Below, one piece after another: positions 57,278 to 64,000 of a stretch of 64,000 nucleotides of DNA. Numbering within the stretch: position 1 is the stretch's first letter; each line of letters starts with the position of its first letter. The position numbers were made by a program, and so were the translations under genes. The stretch is from Mayamaea pseudoterrestris (taxonomy: Eukaryota). The notes below the pieces were generated by a model. The model saw nothing but the letters and a program-made list of their open reading frames with translations. It had not been told where the DNA came from and ran no database searches. Where the stretch lies: NCBI GenBank assembly GCA_027923505.1, contig BROI01000006.1, positions 930,001-994,000 of the forward strand, read 5' to 3'.

Positions 57278-60175
57278 ATGATGATGCTTGCTCACCGCCG
57301 CGTTGCGGTTCGAAGCTTGTCGACCTTGATGGGTCGCGTGAGTGCCGGCCGCAATTTGATTCCAGCCACCTCTCGCATTGGAGCCATGTCTACGATGGAT
57401 GTCTCGATGTTGCAAGCCATTGGATCAAGTACATCGTCATCTACGTTTAATCGCTCGTTTCATTCATCGTCTCCAGTGACATTGTCAGCATCATCGCCAT
57501 TTTTGAGCGACTACCAAAAGCACGTTGACGAGCGCGCGCAAATGGCAGCCGGCTTTGGGATTGCGCCACTGCCACTCAATGCCTCGCAAGTTTCTACATT
57601 GCTCAACGAACTAGAAAAGGAACCAGTCGACTCTGCAACCGCCAAGCAGCTGTTGGAATTATTCACCGAGCGCGTTCCTCCAGGAGTCGATGAAGCCGCC
57701 TATGTCAAGGCGACGTGGCTGTCAAGCATTGCCAAGGGATCGACGACTAGTCCTCACATGGATCGTGCGCAAGCCATCAAGCTACTTGGAACCATGCAGG
57801 GCGGCTATAACGTTGCGGCGCTGGTGGAGTTGCTGGAAGATTCGGACGAAAGTCTTGCCGTGTTGGCGGGCGAGCAGCTGTCGCATACACTCTTGGTGTT
57901 TGACGCCTACTATGACGTGGAAGCGCTTCATAAAAAGGGCGTCAAAGCCGCTACAACCGTATTGGAAAGCTGGGCGAATGCCGATTGGTTTTTGAAAAAG
58001 CCAAAGGTTCCAACCAAAATGAGCGCCACCGTCTTTCGCGTCACTGGCGAAACTAATACCGACGACCTTAGTCCAGCCCAGGATGCTTGGAGTCGACCCG
58101 ATATTCCGCTCCACGCCGTCAGCATGCTCAAGAATGCCCGCGATGGCATTGTGCCAGTCAAGGATGGTGAGATTGGGCCGCTCAAACAAATCAAAGAGTT
58201 GCAAGCCAAGGGACTACCACTAGCCTACGTTGGTGACGTGGTTGGGACGGGTAGTTCGCGCAAGTCGGCTACCAACTCGGTGCTTTGGTACATGGGTGAT
58301 GCCATTCCATATACCCCAAACATTAAAGCAGGTGGTTTGTGCATTGGTCAAAAGATTGCGCCCATTTTCTTCAACACCATGGAAGACTCTGGTTCATTGC
58401 CGATTGAAATGTCAGTGGACGCTTTGAACATGGGTGATGCCATTGATGTATATCCATATGATGGCAAAGTTTGCAAGCATGGGACTGATGAAGTCATTTC
58501 CGAATTTACGCTCAAGACGCCAGTCATTTTGGATGAAGTTCGCGCTGGTGGACGCATTCCGCTCATTATTGGACGTGGATTGACGGCCAAGGCGCGCGAA
58601 ACGCTTGGCCGAGCATCAGACTTGACGGATGTTTTTGTCATGCCGCAGCTTCCTGAGGGAGCCAACGAGCCAAAGGGATTTACGCTGGCGCAAAAGATGG
58701 TTGCCAAGGCGTGTGGATTACCAGAGACGCAAGGTGTCGTCCCCAATCAGTACTGCGAACCCATGATGACCACGGTTGGCAGTCAAGACACGACGGGTCC
58801 GATGACTCGCGACGAACTACGCTCCTTGGCTTGCCTGGGATTTTCGGCCGACTTGGTCATGCAGTCGTTTTGCCATACAGCCGCCTACCCAAAACCAGTC
58901 GACGTTGTCACACACCATACGTTGCCCGAATTTATTCGCACGCGTGGTGGAGTTTCGCTGCGACCAGGTGATGGAATCATTCACTCATGGATCAATCGCA
59001 TGTTACTGCCTGATACGGTTGGAACCGGTGGTGACTCGCATACACGCTTTCCCATTGGTATTTCATTTCCAGCGGGTAGTGGATTGGTAGCGTTTGCGGC
59101 TGCGACGGGTATCATGCCGCTCGACATGCCGGAATCCGTCTTGGTGCGATTCAGTGGTGAAATGCAACCTGGTATCACGCTACGCGATCTTGTCCAGGCG
59201 ATTCCATACACAGCGATCCAAATGGGACTCTTGACGGTGGAGAAGAAGGGCAAGAAGAATGTGTTTTCGGGACGCATTTTGGAGATTGAAGGCTTGCCAG
59301 ACTTGAAGTGCGAGCAAGCTTTTGAGTTGTCGGACGCTTCGGCTGAGCGTTCAGCGGCTGGGTGCACTATTAAGCTGAACAAGGAACCGATTATTGAATA
59401 CATGAACTCGAACATTGTCATGCTCAAGTGGATGATTTCAGAAGGCTACGGCGATCGTCGCACATTGGAGCGCCGTATTGCTCGCATGGAGGAGTGGGTT
59501 GCGAACCCAATCTTGATGGAAGCTGACAAGCAGGCGGACTATGCGTGTGTCATTGATATTAATTTAAATGACTTGAAAGAGCCAGTGCTTGCCTTGCCAA
59601 ACGATCCGGATGCCTGCGCGCTACTGTCAGAGGTGGCTGGGTCCAAGATCGACGAAGTCTTTATTGGAAGCTGCATGACGAACATTGGTCACTTCCGCGC
59701 GGCAGGCAAGCTATTGAATCAGCTCCAAAAACCGCTTCCAACTCGTCTTTGGGTCGCCCCTCCCACCAAGATGGACGAAGCGCAGTTGATTGAGGAAGGA
59801 TACTATGGCATATTTGGAGCGAGTGGAGCCCGCACGGAAATGCCGGGCTGCTCCTTGTGCATGGGTAACCAAGCTCGTGTCGCTCCCGGATCAACGGTTG
59901 TTTCAACCAGTACGCGCAATTTCCCGAATCGCCTTGGACAAGGCGCGAACGTTTACCTCGCCAGTGCGGAATTGGCGGCCATTGCGAGCATCGAGGGTGA
60001 GCTTCCATCGGTTGATACCTACATGAAGTACATGAGCCAGGTCAATGCGACAGCTGCTGATACATACCGCTACTTAAATTTCGACGAGCTTCCAGACTAT
60101 GTCAACTCAGCCGGTTCAGTGGAGATTAGTGAGGAGATGAGAGCGGCGGCGCACAAGCTTTCAGCTGGACAGTAA
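57278..60175 (+). CDS. acnB: Aconitate hydratase 2 (bacterial-type AcnB) with mitochondrial-type presequence
   Basis: [49 protein letters not shown] and Fe-S ligands FIGSCMTN and [10 protein letters not shown]. The N-terminal extension is Arg/Ser-rich and acid-poor. Confidence 0.97.
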   Translation: MMMLAHRRVAVRSLSTLMGRVSAGRNLIPATSRIGAMSTMDVSMLQAIGSSTSSSTFNRSFHSSSPVTLSASSPFLSDYQKHVDERAQMAAGFGIAPLPLNASQVSTLLNELEKEPVDSATAKQLLELFTERVPPGVDEAAYVKATWLSSIAKGSTTSPHMDRAQAIKLLGTMQGGYNVAALVELLEDSDESLAVLAGEQLSHTLLVFDAYYDVEALHKKGVKAATTVLESWANADWFLKKPKVPTKMSATVFRVTGETNTDDLSPAQDAWSRPDIPLHAVSMLKNARDGIVPVKDGEIGPLKQIKELQAKGLPLAYVGDVVGTGSSRKSATNSVLWYMGDAIPYTPNIKAGGLCIGQKIAPIFFNTMEDSGSLPIEMSVDALNMGDAIDVYPYDGKVCKHGTDEVISEFTLKTPVILDEVRAGGRIPLIIGRGLTAKARETLGRASDLTDVFVMPQLPEGANEPKGFTLAQKMVAKACGLPETQGVVPNQYCEPMMTTVGSQDTTGPMTRDELRSLACLGFSADLVMQSFCHTAAYPKPVDVVTHHTLPEFIRTRGGVSLRPGDGIIHSWINRMLLPDTVGTGGDSHTRFPIGISFPAGSGLVAFAAATGIMPLDMPESVLVRFSGEMQPGITLRDLVQAIPYTAIQMGLLTVEKKGKKNVFSGRILEIEGLPDLKCEQAFELSDASAERSAAGCTIKLNKEPIIEYMNSNIVMLKWMISEGYGDRRTLERRIARMEEWVANPILMEADKQADYACVIDINLNDLKEPVLALPNDPDACALLSEVAGSKIDEVFIGSCMTNIGHFRAAGKLLNQLQKPLPTRLWVAPPTKMDEAQLIEEGYYGIFGASGARTEMPGCSLCMGNQARVAPGSTVVSTSTRNFPNRLGQGANVYLASAELAAIASIEGELPSVDTYMKYMSQVNATAADTYRYLNFDELPDYVNSAGSVEISEEMRAAAHKLSAGQ

Positions 60176-60295
60176 GGATGTGTATGGTGCGTTGAATTTA
60201 AATGTTAACTTCAGACTAAATATTTCGATGACGAATGCGACGCCATGATAATTTGGGTATTCGTTATGAGGTATATGTACGTCTTCGTTTTACGA

Positions 60296-62383
60296 TCAAT
60301 CTTCTTCCAGTGTTTGACTGCCATTACCAAAACCAACAGGCATGGCGACCTTGCTGCTACTCGCCAACGTTGGGAGGTCGACCAGATCTGGATCACGAAA
60401 CAGACGCCTTGATATGTCGCAATTAGCAAGATTGCTCGTGCTAGAACTTCTCGAGAGCGCATTTACTGTCAAATCAGTCTCAGACAAGCTTTCAGCATGT
60501 AGTCGCACAGGACATTCCACCATTTCCATATCCAGCCCATCATCACCGGCACCTAGTCCCCATTCATCATTTGCCGAATCGCTAGCGTCGTCATTCTTCT
60601 TCTTCCTCTTGCTCACGCGAGGAAGCGACGACTGAATTCCGCCCATGGACGAAGGAATAACATTTTTCATCAAGTTTGCCGCCTGTGACTGCTGGCCGCC
60701 TCGTATACTATCATCATTGTCGACCAGCAACATTCCATCACGCGTCGTGGCATTTGCATGGTGCATTGGATCGAACAAAAATCGCTGAAACTTGTAGAGC
60801 GGTCGAATCACTTGGTAGTTGCGTCCCATGACTTGTTGAAGCAGCAGTAAAAACCCGACCATGCTGAACATTAAAACCATGAGCGCCAATATGTAATCAC
60901 TGTAATCAGCGTCGGCAATCAACGAAGGGTGGGTTGCCGACGGCATGGCCGTGTTGACTGAAACGATCTGCAAATAGGGAGTCGTCAAATTCACTCGATA
61001 GTAGTACGACCCATCAAAGAATACATAGGCTCGCGCCGTGGTATTTGTCACTGCCAAGCCATATCTTGGATTCTGAAAACATTGCGCAATCGTTTGCACC
61101 ATGAGTGAACCATCACCATTCAGCAGCGCTGTTTGATACATGCCAGCGGCTTGGGTGTGCGTTGCGTTTGCAGCCTTTTTGGCCGCTTCGGCTGCGGCGG
61201 CAGCCGCCTGCGCCGCCTGCTCGTTTCCGGAGTGTTGCGCGTCCTCGGCAGCAGATTGTGCATCCTGTGCAGCTTCGGAAGCGTCTTGAGCAGCTTGACT
61301 GGCGTCATCCTTGTTGAGTGGAGCTACCGTCTTGAGCATGGTTGGTGCTAGAGAAACTGATGGTTGCAGCGTTGGTGATTGTGAAATAGTTGCATTGGTC
61401 GAGTCGTTGATTGTTGTCAATGGCGTTGGTGCAAAGTCCGTCAAGGATCCCAGCAGTAAGTCTTCCAGCGTCCGATGGTACATTCCATTGTCGTTTCTCG
61501 ACCGCTCCTTGCGCTTACGATTGCCGATGGTTCGATTGGTCTTGCGTGGTTGTTCATACATGCTGTAGTTGGCCGTGGCCATGGAGGTTAAGCAATTGTA
61601 AAGCTTGCTGTAAAACAGCGTCGGATCCAAACTATCAAAGTTATCATTGTTTCCTACATGAACACGCTGCACGTCACTGGCGATTAACCGCAGTTGCCAC
61701 CGGTTTGGAAGAATCAAAGGAGACAAGTCAACTCCAACATCTGCAAGATGCTGCAGAAGGGCAAGCAAAAAGTCTAGGTCACTGCTTGACTTTAGCAGCA
61801 GTTCGTTCGTAGATTTCTTGTAGACACTAAACGGCTGATACCGCCGTCGCGACTTTGTCGGATAAGCTACAGCCGTTTGCAGTAGATTCTTGAGGACGGC
61901 GCCAGTCATGGTGGCAACATAGGTGGCGGAATGATAGTCATTCGGACTGATTCTTGTGGTAAAGTAGATGCGCGCCTCATTGTCCCAAGCAACAAATTTC
62001 TGCTGTTGACTGCCTTCTCCTTCATCGTCATGCGTGACGAGTCGAGGAATGGCTTCATGCGTCAAGTCCAGTCCTTGTCGAAGCGGACCATACTCTAGCG
62101 TAAACTCGCGGCGGCGTTGTTCGAGCGACGAAAGTAAACTTGCACTTGGCGGTCGGTAGCGTAAACCCAGCGCCAGCTTTCGCACTGGGATTGTAGAATT
62201 GGCCAATCCATGCAAAAGTGCAGTTCGTTGGAGAACGTAGCATTCCAAAACGCTCGAAGCATCCAAGCCTTGGGTGAGTGATGGGATGAGCGAGGCTGTC
62301 AAAATTCGAGGAACTGTTGCAGGGTCGTTGCTGCTGCTGCTACTAGTGCTAGTTGCGGAGTTATCGCCTGCTGCAACGCTCAT
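60296..62383 (-). CDS. Uncharacterised single-pass membrane protein (695 aa)
   Basis: Long ORF with one hydrophobic helix (YILALMVLMFSMVGFLLLL), many N-x-S/T sequons and an Ala/Gln-rich AAQDA repeat. The true N-terminus is uncertain. Confidence 0.72.
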   Translation of the reverse strand: MSVAAGDNSATSTSSSSSNDPATVPRILTASLIPSLTQGLDASSVLECYVLQRTALLHGLANSTIPVRKLALGLRYRPPSASLLSSLEQRRREFTLEYGPLRQGLDLTHEAIPRLVTHDDEGEGSQQQKFVAWDNEARIYFTTRISPNDYHSATYVATMTGAVLKNLLQTAVAYPTKSRRRYQPFSVYKKSTNELLLKSSSDLDFLLALLQHLADVGVDLSPLILPNRWQLRLIASDVQRVHVGNNDNFDSLDPTLFYSKLYNCLTSMATANYSMYEQPRKTNRTIGNRKRKERSRNDNGMYHRTLEDLLLGSLTDFAPTPLTTINDSTNATISQSPTLQPSVSLAPTMLKTVAPLNKDDASQAAQDASEAAQDAQSAAEDAQHSGNEQAAQAAAAAAEAAKKAANATHTQAAGMYQTALLNGDGSLMVQTIAQCFQNPRYGLAVTNTTARAYVFFDGSYYYRVNLTTPYLQIVSVNTAMPSATHPSLIADADYSDYILALMVLMFSMVGFLLLLQQVMGRNYQVIRPLYKFQRFLFDPMHHANATTRDGMLLVDNDDSIRGGQQSQAANLMKNVIPSSMGGIQSSLPRVSKRKKKNDDASDSANDEWGLGAGDDGLDMEMVECPVRLHAESLSETDLTVNALSRSSSTSNLANCDISRRLFRDPDLVDLPTLASSSKVAMPVGFGNGSQTLEED

Positions 62384-62872
62384 TTCCTCTTTTAAAAGAA
62401 ATTCTTTCTATCTCTATGCTCTCTGCCATGTACAGTAACTGCCTGATAGGTGTAACAGGTGGATGAAAATGGCTACCGGTGGCTCATGGTCGCCATTCTC
62501 TCGGCCGTTTTTGGCTGTCGCATCGGTTTGCGATCCAAGACTCGAGCAAGCGCAAAGCGATGGCAACATTGGCAACAAGTTGGGTAGCTATCACGACTCA
62601 CCTGCGATACAGGTAGCTCTTCAAAGTCGAGCGATTCTAGCCTGATAGAAGCAGGTGGATACATCATAGAATTAGTGTATAAGTCCCTGTATGCTTGCGG
62701 GTCCGACCGACTTTTCTACGTACCTCCAGCTTGCGCTTGAAGCGGCATTTCGGTTTAGGCGTTGTGAAGGAAAACAACTGGCCGTACAATCCATGTGTTG
62801 GCTCAACTAAACAAATTATAGGAAGCAGATTGTTTCATATCAATATAAAGTTAATTATCCCGCTCCCGTCAT

Positions 62873-64000
62873 TTACGATGCATCCTCCGTCCCCAAGGAT
62901 ACTCGTCGGTTTTCACGCTTCAAATAGGCCAGCTCCAATAAATGGCCCTTTGGTGGAGTAGCTGCGGCGTCGTGGGATCCGGCGTTAAGCAGCTCCATCT
63001 CATGGCCGGGTATCATTGCCTTAGAGTCGTCGGTACACTCCTCGACAGCCGGCTCGGGCAAAATGGCCGCACTTGTCGAAGAATGTTTGTTCGCTCGGCG
63101 CTCTCTTGCCATCTCACCAATACTTTTGCGCTCAATTCTTACAGGAGTTGTCGGTAACGAAATCGGCTGCTGCAAACATTTATTCTCCACGTGACTGGCA
63201 TTGATGTTTCCTACCTCCTCGACTGCAGCGTCGACCGTCGGGAGTTTCTCTGCCGAACTCAGTGTTGGCACCACCAAATTGGCTATTTCAAGGTCATGAA
63301 CAGATCCAGAAAGACGACGCGCCGACACAAGCGGCAGCAATGCGCTCTTATGTGGTCGATTAGCGGCTTTCTCCATAGACATTCGGGCCCTTCTGGCTTC
63401 GCTGAGTAGCATAGGGCTACCCACCGGCTTGACTCCAGCGTCTGGAGCGGATGGTATTGTCGTAAGTGATGGTTCGTCCGTCGTGAAACAGTCGGGAGGC
63501 TCGACAAGATCCTCCTTTTCTTTTACTAAATTGTTGCAAGCAGTCTCTATCACATGTATCAGAGATGATTGACCTTCTGGCGAAAGTAAAGCCTCCTTTT
63601 TGAATGTGCATTCAACTCCGGGCATCGTTTCTGCATTTGCCGCATTGATAGGGACTGATTCGGTTGGCATGCTCTGACATTCAGCTTCATGAGCTTTTGC
63701 TGAATTGTGTGTCTCCGAAGAGGAATTGAAATGTGGTAGCTTGTCGGTGTGCTTGACAACTGTTGCTTTCATTGGAGAGTGAGATGCAATCGGCTTTGTT
63801 GGTGACCGAAGAATTAGATTTTCAAAAAGTGCTCGAGCATGTTGGACACCGGAGCTCGGAACATTTTCCGGGTCATAGCTTTGTGGAGGCTCTGGCGTTT
63901 CCAACACTACGTGCGTCCTGCTATCCTCATTACAAGCGTTCTTGTCCATGGTAGCCAACGTACTGACTTTGTTGTCGCTCGCCAAAGTACCAACACTCCC
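62873..64000 (-). CDS. 3' part of a hypothetical low-complexity protein, probably 5'-truncated by the window edge
   Basis: The frame stays open from 64000 to the stop at 62873. No recognisable domain. Confidence 0.6.
   Translation of the reverse strand, partial: GSVGTLASDNKVSTLATMDKNACNEDSRTHVVLETPEPPQSYDPENVPSSGVQHARALFENLILRSPTKPIASHSPMKATVVKHTDKLPHFNSSSETHNSAKAHEAECQSMPTESVPINAANAETMPGVECTFKKEALLSPEGQSSLIHVIETACNNLVKEKEDLVEPPDCFTTDEPSLTTIPSAPDAGVKPVGSPMLLSEARRARMSMEKAANRPHKSALLPLVSARRLSGSVHDLEIANLVVPTLSSAEKLPTVDAAVEEVGNINASHVENKCLQQPISLPTTPVRIERKSIGEMARERRANKHSSTSAAILPEPAVEECTDDSKAMIPGHEMELLNAGSHDAAATPPKGHLLELAYLKRENRRVSLGTEDAS

Overview
Gene-dense eukaryotic DNA, most likely from a diatom. 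That call is inferred from short GT-AG introns (84-95 bp, one of 283 bp), signal peptide + 'AF' plastid presequences, a ubiquitin-NiSOD fusion, a bacterial-type AcnB and a CoDi-like copia element. Recognisable genes are nitrate reductase (next to the Moco-synthesis gene CNX2/MoaA), an M18 aspartyl aminopeptidase, MFS and TPT-family transporters, the ubiquitin-NiSOD fusion, an ankyrin/coiled-coil protein, a MOV10/SDE3-like SF1 helicase with an RPA70N-like N-terminus, and aconitase B. An intact 7.9-kb Ty1/copia element has identical 208-bp LTRs, gag and pol in one frame separated by a single TGA, and an extra antisense ORF. There are four satellite arrays (about 169, 173, 506 and 356 bp units) and a 42-bp TGACGT-containing minisatellite. 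The most striking unexplained feature is a cluster of five large, intronless, Ser/Arg/Lys-rich low-complexity genes (13.4-47.0 kb). They share a 19-aa C-terminal motif G[IV][ST]xx[QM][LI]xx[LM]xxxGLxI[AT][DE] and the same ordered set of short internal motifs, and look like an unnamed protein family. All calls were made by eye, without database searches.
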